From the NCBI GenBank assembly GCA_020137815.1, contig CM035351.1, positions 5,456,001 through 5,520,000 of the forward strand: 64,000 nt of DNA, in the 5' to 3' direction. Origin of the DNA: Hormiphora californensis (taxonomy: Eukaryota; Animalia; Ctenophora). The position numbers and the translations under genes were made by a program. The notes below the pieces were generated by a model, which saw only the letters and a program-made list of their open reading frames with translations, was not told where the DNA came from and ran no database searches. This document shows, piece after piece, positions 17,481 through 37,296 of the stretch (positions within the stretch are counted from its first letter, which is position 1; each line of letters begins with the position of its first letter).

Positions 17481-20400
17481 TACTTACTTATAAATAGCAG
17501 GGTAAAAATGTTATATGAACAACCCTTTAGTCTTTATTTGTGCGTCCTTTCATCACCCTCTCTCTATGTTTCATAGTCCATCGATTTTGATTTACATGCT
17601 CCGTAAATCTCAAAGATTTGCGCAGAAAGGAAAGGGAAAAGAGGGAGAGGATGAAGGGAAAAAGGGTAAAAGAAATGGGCGAGGCCATTTTCCCTTTTTT
17701 AAAATTTTTTTTAAATTTAAATTTTTTTTTTTTCCCTTTTTTCGTTTTGCCCATCCCTCCTCATTTTAAAAATTCATTATATTTGCCCCATTCAATTCCC
17801 AAAGGAATTTAAAGAAATCTTTTTGGGGTTTTTTAAAAGAAAAAAAGGAAAATGGTTTCCCCCAATTTTTATTTGGTCTTTTGGGTGGAAAGGGGGTAAG
17901 AAAAGTAAACCGGGTGTCGGCCTTTTCCCATTCCTTCTTATATTATCTTGTTATTTTTCCATGACGTCCACTTTCCTATGTGCCCTTATGCGACGGGTGA
18001 GCTTTTCAGAGAGAGAAAGGGGGTATGAGGGGTTCTATGTAATGGAATTATTAAAATTCAGGGGTCCGCCAAACATCCAAGCTCTAACCAGAAAGTTCAA
18101 AGGATGTAGAAATTTGAGGGGCTGGGTTACAAAAATTAGTGTTACGAAAGGGCAGTAATTTACCCTGAAAATATTCCCAAATTTCCCCGGCAAAAACCTG
18201 GTTAAAAATCTTATTTTGGTCAGATTTTAGCCCCTCATTTCCCAAAGAACGAAGCAAAAAGAGAAAAAAAAAGGGGGAAACCAAAAAAGGGGAAAGGGAA
18301 AACGAAGAGAAAAGACGGGAGGAAGCCAAAATTTCCCCCCAAAGCGGTAAAAGGGGAAAAGGGAGGGGGGAAAAAGGAAGCGGGGTTTAAACCCAACCAA
18401 CCCTAAACGGACCAACAAATTGTCCTCAAACCCTCTTCCCCCCCAACTAAACCCAAATTCTTCCCCTTCTCCTCTCTCTCCCTCTCTCTCTCTATCTTCT
18501 CCTCTCTCTACTCTCTATCTCTCTCTCTCTCTCCTTTCTTTCTCTTCCTCTTTCTCTTTCCCCTCCTCCTCCCCCCCCGTCCCCCCTTCTCACCCCACAC
18601 CCCTTTTTTTTTCCCCCCAGCGGATGACAGCCCAGATTAAAAGAAGCAAACAAGAAATGTTCCACGGACTTTTATTCGCGCTCGACTAACTTCTCTCTCT
18701 TTTTCTTTCTCTCTATCTCCCTTTTTTTCTATCCCTATCCATAATCTCTATGTTTTATTTCTTCCTATCATCTATCTCTCCCATGAGTGTACGCTTGACT
18801 TCATTCAGCAGCTCACTTTCTCTATTACTATCTCTCTCTCTCTCTCTCTTGCCCTCTCTCTCACTATCTCCCCAATCCCCCCCTTTTTTTCTTTCCCTTT
18901 CATTTCCTAAATTTACGAGACCCTTCAAAAAAGGGGGTTTAACCCCTTTTTTGTAAAAGGGAATAAGGGAAAACCCATAAAATTTTTAAATTTTTGGGGA
19001 TAATACCTAACTTTACAGAGGGTAACCCAAAATTTTCCCAACTTTTGATTTTTAGGTGGTAAGGAGTTTAAAAAAAAAGACGGGGTTAAAAAATTTTTTT
19101 TTTAGCACTTTCCCTGAGGGGGTTTTTTTTAATCCCCGCAAATTAATTTTCAACCCTTTAAAGGGATATAAAAATCGTGTTTTTTTTTACCCTAACTAAT
19201 TTTGGGAAGGGGAAACCCCAAAAAACGGGGGTTTAAAACCCCGGGTAAAAAAAAGGGCAAAAAAAACACGTAACCCGAACATTTAAACCCCCAAAAAACA
19301 AAAAGGGGGAATAAAAAACCCGAAAAAGGGCAAACCCCCGGGAAAGGCCCGGAAATTGGAAAAAAAAGGGGGGGAAAACCCCCCAGGAATTTTTTATCGG
19401 ATTTGTGCCAAAAAAGCTGGATAAAGGAACAAAAAAGCCGTAAACGAACAAAAAGGGGGGGAAAAAAGGGGGGAAAAAATTTTGCCGGGGATAAAGTGTC
19501 CCGGAAAAAAATTTTTTTAAAAAATTCTTCCGATTTTCAACTTAGCCTCCCCAATTTCGATTTGAAACTTTTTTTTTTTCCCTTACCTATAAAACAAGTT
19601 TTTTTTGAAAAAGTTGGTTTTTGAGCTTCCTGGTAAACCCGGGAAAAAAGCGGCTAAAATTTCCGCCTGAAGAAAAATTGGGGGTTTAAAAAAACTGCGT
19701 ACTTTTTCAGATAAGTATTGTTAAAATATTTTACTACACCCTTCTTTTTTTTGGACTTTTTATGTTTGAGTGGTGGAAAAACAGGACCCCTCGTGTGAGC
19801 TTGGATCTAAAAAAAATTTGGCAAAATCAAAATTTTATCGGGCACCCGGCTCAGGGGTATTACAAGGTTTTTAAAACCTTTTTGTTCCCCAATTTTTGGG
19901 GTTTTTTGGGGGTTTTAAAAGGTTTTATTTTTTGTTTTTTTGGAAAATTTTAATTTTGGAAATTTGCTTTCGAAAAACAGGTGTTTTTTTTTTTTTGCTT
20001 TTTTGCCGGGTTTAACGCCGGTTCTGGTTTCTGGGGGTTTTTTTCCCCAAAGTTTTAAACTTAAAAAAATCTTTTTGGGCCCTTTGGTTCAAAACCTCAA
20101 AGGGTTTTCCCTTTTAAAAAACAAAAAAACCCCCCAGGGAAATTTGGGACCAAAAACCAATTTTCTGAAATTCTTAGTTAAACCCTTCCAACTAAAATCG
20201 CAATTGAAAGATTTAAATTTCCTTGTATTTTTAAAAAAAGGGAATAATTTATTTTGGGAAACCCCAATTTTTCGCAAAAATATTGGTTAAAACTCCAGAA
20301 ATTCCAGAAAAGAAGGGGGAATTTTTTTTTTAGCCGTTTTCCCTTCCCTTTACCCTTCCCTTTTTTTCTCTTTTCCCCCCATTTTTTCCCCCCTTTTTTT

Positions 20401-21250
20401 TAAAAAAAAAAAAAAAAAAAAAATTCCCCCCCTTTTTTTCCCCCCCCCCCCCCCCAAAAAAAGACCCCCCCCCCCGAACGGGAAAAAAAAAAAACGGGAA
20501 AAACTTGGAAAAACCTTTTTTTTAAAACAAAAAAAAGGGAAAAAGAAAAAACAAAGGTACCAAACAAAAAAAGGTTTTTTGGCTTTTGAAAAACCAAAAA
20601 GGATAACGCGACCTTTTTTTCCCCCTTGCTGGGACGTCAACAAACAAAACGGAACTGAAAAAAACCCCCCCCTTACCCCCTTTTTCCCCCCCCCACCCTT
20701 CTGCTTTCCCCCTTTCCTCCTCCCCCCCACCCCTCTCTCCCCCCCCACTCTCTTCCCTCTCCCCCCTCCTCTCTTCTCTTCTTTCTCTCATTATATCAAG
20801 AAGATAATAAGTGTTTCATAACAACAGCAGCAGCACGTGTTGTGAATGTGTGTAGCTTCTGGGTAGGTTCTCTCCTAACAGGAAGGTGTCTGCGACCGTT
20901 CATCCCGGGGCCCCGGCCCCCCCTCCCCCTCTCCCCTCCTTTTTATCTCGTCACCTTTCCTATTTTTTTTTTTTTCTTTTTTTCCCCTTCGTTTCTTCCT
21001 TTTTTTCCCTTCCCCTTTTCTTTCTCCTTTTCCTTCTTCTTCTTCTCTCCTCTCTCTCGCATCTCTCCCCCTTCTTTTAGACCTTTTTTCAGTTTTTCGA
21101 CTTTCGTACTCTTTTGAAGCCACATTTTGTAATTGGTAATGTAATTTAGTGCTTTCCATATAATAATGAATGTGGCTTCTAAAAAAACGGGGGGCCTACA
21201 GTTTTTACACTAACACAACTTAGAATTTGTAAAATTATATCCACCCCCCC
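17400..21250. other. low-quality, homopolymer-inflated assembly consensus (also about 23300-24296; N gap 24297-24396)
   Basis: Abrupt switch to runs of A/T/G/C of all four bases, unlike the rest of the window. Confidence 0.9.
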
Positions 21251-22810
21251 ACTCCCCCTTTCTTTTCTGTGTTGCGCGTGTTTGTGAACATCATCATTTC
21301 CCCGTGGGCCGTGTCTGCATTCCATGTGCCATATATTCACATCGAGAATCGGTGGACCGTGAAAAACATGAAAAAGGGGAAATAAAACTAACGGATGTGT
21401 GAGAGAAATGGAGAAATGAACAGAGAGCGAGAGAGGGAGAGAGAGAATGATGGAAAGATGGAGAGAGAAAGGGAGAGTGATGGACAATTGGAGAGAGAAA
21501 GGGAGAGTGGGAGTGAGAGAGAGAATGGTCGAGAATGGTCTGCATAATATCATCCTCTTCAGTCCTCCTCCTCCTTGGTCCTCCCGCTATCCTTCCACAC
21601 TTTACACGCACTACACGTTTCTCACCATCTTTTGTTCATCACTGCATACAAATTCACACACTCCAATCATGTCGTGGAGATGGTCTGATCTGATGCATCT
21701 GATTTATATTCAGTTAATGCTGTAACAATTAGTATAAACGCGTGTAGTTACATTCTGTATAGTGCAGTTTGGGTAACTCTTATATTTTGATAGTCTGAAC
21801 TCTGAAGTTTCTGTTTGTCGTTCTAAACGGAAAGAAAAAGGGGGGAGAGAAGAATGTAATACAAGTGTAGTATGAGTCTGAAACTAAAGTCTCAGTTATT
21901 GATGACAACAGAGGGAAATAGACAATACAAGAGGAAGATATATAATGGGAAAGCAAAATGAGTAGAAGAGGAACAAAGAAAGAGAGAAGGGGAGATAAAG
22001 AGAGAAAAGAAAGGAGAGAGATAGAGGGAGATAGATAGAGAGAGAAAGAGAGAGAAAAGAAATAGAAAGAGAAAGGGAGGGAGGGTTGGACAAATAGTAA
22101 GTACAGCTGTAAATGAAGGCATTTCCTCTCCCAGTAATAATAGGAAATGACAGCAATCGTAATTGTTCGAGAGAGAGGGAGAGAGAATGGTAACATCTAG
22201 AGAGACAGGGAGGCATACAGTTTGTCTGTAGATGTGGAGTCTAGGGTATCCATGCATTGCAACTGCATGGGTAAAGAAACCATTTATAAGTTCTAGAACT
22301 AAGCCATCTGACTATTAGTCATCCACTTATGTTACACATAAGTAACAGAAGAAGTAAGTGACAATCAAGAAGGTTATTACAGTTGTAATATTTCGAATAG
22401 TGCGAAATGTTTATTGTTGGTTTGAACGTCCTCCTCCGTCCATTGTGTTCGTCTGTGTTGGTTTGTCTGCATATGATTCCGCGTGTGTAATATAATGTTA
22501 TAATATTTAAAGAAGCTATATAACACACCGTGTGTAACGCTTCATCGCCCTAGCATAGTACAAACTAGAATGGCATATTATGTCCTCTCTCTCTCTCTCT
22601 CTCGTTCTCTATCTCGCTCGATCTCTCACCATCCCTTCATTTATAACCATGTATCTCTTTCTCCCTCACTTTCCCTCACCCTCCCTCTCGTTCTATCTGT
22701 TTCTGTCCCAGGTACAATGTGTTCATATTCGTTCCCCTGCTGCAGCACTGTGTAACAAGGGTCGCCCAGTGTACCCACTATTATAGAGCTCTCCTTCTCC
22801 TCTGTCTCTC

Positions 22811-22889
<79 letters not shown>

Positions 22890-22892
22890 CTC

Positions 22893-22943
<51 letters not shown>

Positions 22944-24429
22944 CTCTCTCTCTCTCCCCCTCTCTCTCTCTCTCCCTCCAGTGGGCCTGACGCACTACAC
23001 GTGCCAAAGTACACGGGGTCGTGGTGTGTGTGTGAGAGTGTAAAAATTAACACTCACTCTGCTACAATTGCTGCTGCTGTACCCCTCTAAGTGTCTCTAT
23101 CCGTTAGAGGCCTTGGTTCCATCAACTATGCACACTCGCATTCCCCGACACAATTGGACACAATGTAGTTACCAGAATAGTAATACATGAATCGACCCAA
23201 TTTCCCGATAAATATATGACTCTCTCTCTCTTCTCCCTCTCTTTTTTACCCTCCCTATCCATGTAACATATAATGCAAATTTCCAGTTGTCTGAGAGACA
23301 CACACACACATGGGTGGGAACATTTTCCCCTCTCCCCATGGTTGGGTTTTTACACAGCGCTTTTTCATAGTTTTTGTTCAATTGAATCCCTGCTAAAATT
23401 TCCCCTCCCTTTCCTCTCCTCTCTTCACCCCCCCCCCCCCCCCCCCCCCTCCCCTCTCCCCCCTTTTCCCCCCCCTTTCCCCCTCTTTCTTTTTCCTCGG
23501 CCCCCTCTCCCCCCTCTTTTCTTCCCCCTTTTTTAAAAAGGGGGGTTTTTTCATGTTGTAAGTTTGCTGCCGGCTCTGATATATACTTCCCTGTACTTTA
23601 ATTTAGAAAAGTATTTAAGAGATAGAAAGTCAGACTTCTGATACGGATAGAGAGAGAGGGGGGGGGGCAGAACAACAATGAATCACTGTATATCAAAAGC
23701 AGGGCGGTTTGGTGTTATCATTTGGCACAGTTCCCTCTCTTTACCTGACACCTCCTAAATTCTAGGCACGCGAATGCCATTTTACTCAGTCAGTCTCGAC
23801 TATCAATTCTTCCCAATATATATTCTTTCTATTTTCATTCCAAGTATCTCTCCCCTTTTTCAAGGGTTACACATCTTGCGCGGATGGATCTGGGGTGTCG
23901 TTGTCAAGGGGAGAGGAGGAGGTTGAATTCACAGTCCTTCTTTTGTTTCAAAAATTTTTCCCGTCGCTTTTCCCGTGTACCCTCCAAAATTATCTATTTC
24001 TCTCCCACACTATTTTTCCCCCAGTCCCCTTTTTTTTCCCCCTCTCCCCCCTTATCTCTCCCCCCCTTCTAGTTTCTTCCCCCCCGTTCTTGTCGTCCCT
24101 CCTTTAAATTTTATGGTAAAACCCGTAAAAACCGCTTTATTTTTTTCCTTCCCCGCGCTTCTTCCCCCTTCCCCCCCTCCTCCCCCCCTTTTCCCTCTTC
24201 CCCCCCCCCCCTTTTTATTTGCCTGCCCCAATTTCCTCATCCCACCCAAAACATGTTGTTTCCCTGCCAATCCCCCTCACAAAACAAGCGGGGAGANNNN
24301 NNNNNNNNNNNNNNNNNNNNNNNNNNNNNNNNNNNNNNNNNNNNNNNNNNNNNNNNNNNNNNNNNNNNNNNNNNNNNNNNNNNNNNNNNNNNNNNNTTCT
24401 TTTCTCTCTCTATCTTCTCTTCTTTCCCT

Positions 24430-27400
24430 TCTTACCAAAACCCGCACTACACAAACATCTATGTCGCCGCACGTGTGCAGTGGAGAGATAGAGAGAGAGG
24501 AAGAAACAGAGAGATAGGGAGAGAGAGAAACTTGTTCAAACTTCTGGGAAATGAAGCTTTAGTAAGGTTTGCACGGAAAGCAAAAGTTTACAAATTACCA
24601 CTACCACACACAGGTCACCATCCAAATTAGTAACGACTTGGCACAGATCATCCACCAATCAACCGTTCACTGTCTGCTTCAATCTCCATAATAGACGCTG
24701 GTATAGTACATTCCCTAAATACACACACTGTCTATTGTCTACGCTCGATATAATTGAAAGAGAATTAGACGCTTCTTTGCGCATTTTAAGTTGGTGCAGA
24801 TATTCAAGAACTGAAATATTTCATTCAATCGATTTTCCGTGTTGAAATATTCAGGATTGTGCAGAAGTCGGATTTTTTGAAGTTGACAACTTCAAAAAAT
24901 CCGACTTAACATATATTTTTAAAAGACATTTGAAACTCGTGTTCATTGGTGTAGTTCCTGGTCGGGGCCATAAGCCATAATAAGCTAGAATAAACAAAAC
25001 AGGCCAAGCGTAACGCATGGCCGAACATTACATAATTAGCGTAACCGCAATAATATCAAGCAAGCCTTACATCATATCAGATATTACCAACAAAAACCCT
25101 CCAGCAGACAGCTCTGACCCAAACCCCTCCCCCCTCCAGCACCAGACAGAGAATGGATTTATAGAGGAGCTCGGGACTCCCTCTCCCTCCACCTCGTCAG
25201 TAAACAGCCCCGGATCAACAGCATCAGACACGCCGCCCTACCTCCGGAGAAACTTTGCAACGAGAATGCGGAAAGGTGGTTTCAATTCGACCCATGAGTA
25301 TGAAATGGTCAGCTGCAGTGGGCATCTCAGGAAGTGGAATGAGGTAGCAAGAAGTGCAGCCATGGACGGGGACATGTTCCCTCAGGTATAGATATTAGTC
25401 TGTTTGTTGTTCTGTGTGTGCGTGAGTTTGTCTGTTTGTTTGTTTTTTCCTTCGTTTGTTTGTTCCTTCGTTTTTGTTGTTGTTCCTTTCTTTGTATCTT
25501 CAGTAAAGATTCTTCAGCCCCCCCCCCCCTCCATTACACGCCGTCCCCTATCAGGACGGGTACTGTTTAGTGGGTGTTGGTAGACTCCAGTCGACACAAA
25601 CTATCAGAGAAATGACGTCAGGAGCTCCCTCCCTAAACGCCTGGACCTCCCACCATAGGATGGACGCTAAATACATCTACGTGGACCAAAAGTGAGTTGG
25701 ACAAAATAATGGATACTTTGTACAATATTTTTGGTTGATTCTCTCATGTTGAGGGGGTGATCCCTGTAGTGATCTCACGGGGTTCGAAGTTTGGTCAGGC
25801 ATAGAAGACTCAGGATGTTACAAAGGTGAACAAATTTCAATAATTTCAATTTATTGAAATTTGTTCACCTTTGTAACATCCTGAGTCTTCTATGCCTGAC
25901 CAAACTTCGAACCACGTGAGATCACTACCGGGATCACTCCCTCAACATGTCTCTACCACGGACGGTGCCATCAGCCCTATAAAGCTGATCCATTGATTCT
26001 CTCAAATGTATAACTGCATACTAAACGCCCCCCCCCCCCCCCTAGTGCGCCATCCATTGTGGGATACTCCGCTGCAGAGCTACTGGGATCGAGTGCCTAC
26101 AATCTCTATCACGATGAAGATCTCAGTGGACTTGCTCGCAGCCATGTGGAATGTAAGTGCAGTATTTTCACAATGCTGTTATACACAGTACACACTGTTC
26201 TCCACATATAATATTTCAGAAATTATATGCATATATCAGAGTTATTGCAAGAACAGCTGGTCCCTTTCTTTTTATGAATCATAACCCCCTCTCCCTTACC
26301 ATCTAGTAAATAAGAACGGTACTGGCATGACGGGTCTGTACCGGTTTCTAACCAAGGGCCAACAATGGCTATGGATCAAGACCCATGGTATCCTGCAGTA
26401 CCGGGAGGGAACTACTGTTCCACAGTAAGTTCTAACAGTTGTATGCAATTTCTTGGTGCGCCATTATCAATTTACAACTGATATCAGTGATATTTGATAA
26501 TGGTGCACCAAGAAATCACATGATATTATTTCACAGTTTCAGTATTCAATTTCGATTCAATACCGGCTACCATGGTCCCCGGACCACTCAGTGTGTAGTT
26601 TTATCTTCACCTCCTGTATGAACTCCCTGCACAACCCATCCATCAATACCACTCTTCCTGTTCAATTTCACTCATCCCTCCAGGTCCGAAACTCACCCTT
26701 TCTCCAGGTCCGAAACCCACCCTGAATATCACCCCCTCCAGATCCGAAACTGACCCTCTCCATGTCCAGGTCCGAAACTCACCCCAATACCCACCCCCTC
26801 CAGGTCCGAAACTCACCCTGAATATCACCCCCTCCAGATCCGAAACCCCGAAACCCCTCACCCCCTCCAGGTCCGAAACTCAACCCACTCCCCCTCTCTC
26901 CAGGTCCATTATCTGCCACAATGTAGTAGTCAGCTACGGAGAGGTATGGAAGTACCTGCAGAGCAAGTCAAGACAGTATGGACCCAAGGAGAAGTCCTTC
27001 CTTACACCCATTGCACCACCTCCCAAAACGACCGCCCTGCCAACCAAGTCTGAGCTGGTCGCTACTGACGGTGAGTCTTCTGTTACGGTTCGTTTATTTT
27101 TCAATTTTCTGTCCCCCCTTTATTCTTTTCCGGGATTATTCTGTTTTAACCCTTGCATATTAAATATTCAACCTTTCCATGGATCCACACAAAAGAAAAT
27201 GTGCGGAAGAAGAGGGAGAGAGAAGAGAAGTTTTAAAATCCTAGAGATTCTAGAGTATTAAGAACATATATACTGCTCAGTGTGTGTGTGCGTTTGTTGG
27301 TGTGTGATGTATCGACAAATTGTATCGAGCTCAGTGTCTTCATGAGAAAGAAGGGAGAGAGAGAAATGAAGATAGAGGGAGAGAGAGGGAAATAGGGATA

Positions 27401-28887
27401 CAGAGGGAGAGAGAGAGATAGATTCTCAGCGTCATATCCTGTCACACACGAACACAATAGACAAATGTATGGCGACATACAACTGCTCAGCAGATCATCT
27501 CTCCTGTCATTGTCACGTTAAAGAAAATAATGAGACTAAAGACATGCTCGATATCTAGACCACTTGTCACCGTGTCCCTTCTTCCATATCTTACCATTGG
27601 TAGCTAGCTACCTGCTACCTATCCCCATCTCTTCCTCTATATTCTCGATACTTTACTAAATCTCACCACTCGTCTTCTACAGGTATAAAAGCGGAACAGT
27701 TCTCTCCCAAGAATGGGGTAACGAGTAGCTCGGTAGTTTACCAATCTGGTAGCTCATCCTCCGCTGCTGCTACTTCCTCTGCTGGTGCCTGCCCGGGCTC
27801 ATTTGAGGACTTATACCCTGGTTACCAACAGTCCTCAATCACAACGGAGGAATGTCACGGCCGGTTCAGGCCCCTTTTCAACGGGAAAACGTCTCCTCCT
27901 GCAGCGGCTGTTCCCGTTATAGGAAATGGAAAGTTTTACCGGGAGACACCGAACGTGACCTTTGTGGCGCAGATCGAGGAGCCAGTAGTTGGGCGGCCGG
28001 TCGATAGTTTACCCGATGTAGGATCATTCTACACCCAGCAACAACAGCAACAACCTCCCCCTCCTCCCTGCACTGAACAGAGTATCCCGGTACCAGTAGC
28101 ACCCCCTCAGGTGGCCCAACACCCCATATACCACCCAACGTATAACTTCTACCCTGCGGCACCAACCCCTGTTTCTGTGCCCAACAATCACGTTCAGAAC
28201 CATGTCCCGGCCGAGTACTCGGTGGTGACGCACTCTCAGCCAATGCCACCTCAACAACAGCAGCCGGTCATGTATCACGGCGGATCACCTAACAACTACC
28301 ACCAACCTCCCCCAATCTACAAGACACCACCCTACTCTACTCCCTCTGCGGTAGTGGTCTCTGCTCCAGGCCCCCCTCCACCTCAACACGCTATCTACTC
28401 ACCCTACCCCTACCCGGACTTCACCAGGCAGAACACATGTACGTATCTGTGTGTGAGTTCGTCTGTCTGTATGTGTGACTCTCAGACCCCGGTTCTACAC
28501 GATGGAAAATGTGTCGTTGTTTGTTTGTTTTAGAGTTATAGCCCCCCTTTTTTACATCTGTCACAATCGAGACTTTCAGGTGGCCAGGAAAGCCTCCCCT
28601 CGCATACCACGACTACAGCCCATCACCACCATCACGGCGTCATGACCTCTACGGCGGGGGCGACAAGAAAGGGCACTGTGGTTTATGATACCAGCCAGGT
28701 ATATATTGGGGAGGGAATCAAACTGACAAATTATATCTTGAGTGAAGTGCTTACTAATTCCTATTTCTGATTCCTATTGAACTAACCAAATCCTTTCTCA
28801 TTGTAGCAAACGCTGAAGCGGCAACGCGAGGATGATCTGTACCGATCTTACACCGCTCTAGATACAGGACAGGGTGGACAAACCTAA
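24430..28887 (+). CDS. CLOCK: CLOCK/NPAS2-like bHLH-PAS transcription factor (5' bHLH/PAS-A exons damaged or in the gap)
   Basis: Exons at about 24647-24700, 25105-25385 (RRNFATRMRKGG..YEMVSCSGHL), 25555-25691 (CLVGVGRL..IREM..WTSHHRMDAKYIYVD), 26046-26152 (APSIVGYSAAELLGSSAYNLYHDEDL), 26307-26424 (YRFLTKGQQWLWIKT, the CLOCK signature), 26904-27070 (IICHNVVVSYGEV), then Q/P-rich 27683-28438, 28581-28698 and 28807-28887. PAS-A remnants IYVAARV and NLFKLLGNE lie at 24430-24560. Confidence 0.88.
24865..24907. repeat. perfect 43-bp palindrome
   Basis: aagtcggattttttgaagttg-a-caacttcaaaaaatccgactt. Confidence 0.95.
25745..25992. mobile_element. tail-to-tail inverted insertion (about 99-bp arms) flanked by a 12-bp direct repeat
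   Basis: Arms 25745-25843 and 25851-25949 with 3 mismatches. ttgattctctca occurs at 25735-25746 and 25993-26004. Confidence 0.8.
26676..26907 (+). repeat. intronic minisatellite (ctccaggtccgaaactcaccc-like unit, about 7 copies)
   Basis: Repeated ccag[g/a]tccgaaac units ending at the true acceptor ctctccag|gtcc. Confidence 0.9.
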
Positions 28888-29062
28888 CAGAGAGAGATAG
28901 AAACTTCATCCGTTATACCCTGTACATACTTGAAGTGATGATACATACACCCTAATTCATTATGATCACCCCTCCCTCGTCAGCTTGGAGAGTCGATATA
29001 AGCATGCGGAGACAGACATTCAGAGGGAAAGGGGAGGGACGTGAGAGAGAGAGAGAGTGAGA

Positions 29063-29101
<39 letters not shown>

Positions 29102-29822
29102 TGAGAGAGAAAGAGAGACTGTCGTTATTTATTGAAATCTGGAGTACAAGCAAAGACTGAGATTTATGCGGTCTGTTTTTTATTTGGAGAGAAGCGTACT
29201 GTGTTAATCGCTCTTATTTCATCAGCCACAAGTTCTAGCCAACAGCAAATAGTTGTCTTCATCGTATCTTACCTTACTATCCCGATCCTCATCCTCTGCT
29301 GGAACGGGCGGCGATTTAGGTTGTAAAGATAATCGCGCGCCGCCTATCCTAAACCACGCTTAGAGTGCTGACTTCGTGCGCGGATGTGCTTTTCATGTTG
29401 TGTTATCTGCGCGCCCTCCGATTCAACACTCGAATGATCTGATTTTCTGATGAGAGACTGAGAAGTTAAAAACCAAACTTTAGCATAAACCAACACATGT
29501 AACATGTGTAACTTGCGATTGACATACACGAAAACCATCGCCACAAAACACACACACACAAACTAAATTCATAACATTACTAATTGGTGAGAAAGGGGCC
29601 TGGAAATTGGGGCAGCTTTCTCACGCATCGAAGTGTATACAGAAAAACCCTGTGTAGAAAATTTATTACGCGAAATATAGATCTCTAGAAGCGTCCTTGA
29701 ACGCAATTAATTGTCCTTGTTGCAGCTCTTCTCACTGCACCATCGATTGAGGAGGGAGCCATGGAATCTAGGCTGCTGCAGCACTTTTAGCTTTTAACAT
29801 CTCATGGAATGTGGTGCCTCAT

Positions 29823-35937
<6,115 letters not shown>

Positions 35938-36899
35938 TCTGTAACAGCAGCTAAAATCACGATAGAGAGATTTTAAGTTTAAAAATCAGTGGTACGTTCT
36001 AAATATGTTTTGTCTGTGAACGTAAGTAAAGACTAAAGAGTGATTTCCAAAACAAGGCGTAAAGCTTACACCAACGATTGTGTTTTTTATGGATCAATCT
36101 AAATCCATCGGATTTTGGTAAGTTGTCCGACCACTTAAAAACCAACAAAGTCTAACAAAAGCACCAACAAAAGCACTAACAAAATTCCTAACAAAAGCAC
36201 CAACCAATCCCCGTCGAAAGTATAAAAAGCACTAATAAAAGCTTTTACGAAAGCACTGCACAACCTATTTTGCTAATAGTTTTTTTGCTAATGGTTTTGA
36301 TATATGTAAATGTAGTAATCATTTATACATACATACTACTCTTTAGTGTAATAATATTGGAAAACTCAATTTTACAAATAAAGTTGGTGTTACACAACAG
36401 ATCTTCCCTTTATAATGGGTCCACCTAAATAAAAATTAAAATACTCGTCTCCACATGCCCTCTCTAGACACATATACTATACAGCACACTAAGGGGAAAT
36501 ATCATTGGGAAATGAGTAATGACGGATAACCTCTGACAGGGGGACGGTCATAAAAGCCTGTCAAAGTATTTGCCCAGGGATCATTTGAATTGACCTAAGC
36601 TTCCGCAAGAGTTAATGGCCGCTGGAAACCTATTCTATAGGTGAGCAGCTCTCGGTCGGAAGGAAGAATGGAACTGATTCGCCCTCCGGCCTCCAGGTCT
36701 CAGCTCGATATGGAAATGGTAGTGGGACACTTGGACTAACCTCATACCCAACCTTGCACTGTGTTGGAACACAAGGTTTGCTGAACTCGGAACAAACTTT
36801 GTGAATACTATGTAAAAAACTAACTGACTTGAAGGTAATTAATTTTATCCAGAGATCAGTGTTTTGCAGTGCATAAAAGACAACTGAAGCAGGGACGGA

Positions 36900-37130
36900 G
36901 CAGTTGGCCTATGCTACAGAAGCCGTGGAAAACGCGCGCACTTGGGGTCTGCAGCGCATGCCAAACGGAGCAGTTACTGAAGGAAAAAAGTTTGTAAAAA
37001 TATGATCAAAAAACTTTTGAAACGAGCACTTTGATTTTTGCTGACAACGCAGTGCGCGCGCGTCTAATGGCATGCGCTGCAATCCCATCGCGCGCCACAG
37101 TGAGGCGTTGGGCGACTTTTTTGCTACACA
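36900..37130. promoter_or_regulatory. putative bidirectional promoter between FoxP and the DCC1-like/SPT5 block
   Basis: Head-to-head arrangement with a local cluster of GCGCGC motifs (about 36934, 37054 and 37089) in AT-rich surroundings. Confidence 0.45.
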
Positions 37131-37296
37131 GTAGGGGTATCCAAAATCGTTCATTTCCAGTTTGTGTTTTTGCCGTTCGTTCGCTCTCTTCCCGATGCTC
37201 TTTGCTCAATCAACCCTTGTTGCCTGCTATGTTACCTGCTGTATTTTGCTTATTCGTTTTTTTCTATTGTGTCACTAATAAAATTTAATGATAGCT

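Noticed and set aside
17515-21160. Many K/F/G/P-rich ORFs suggesting a novel low-complexity gene cluster
   Set aside because: Homopolymer-inflated low-quality consensus; the composition is an artefact.
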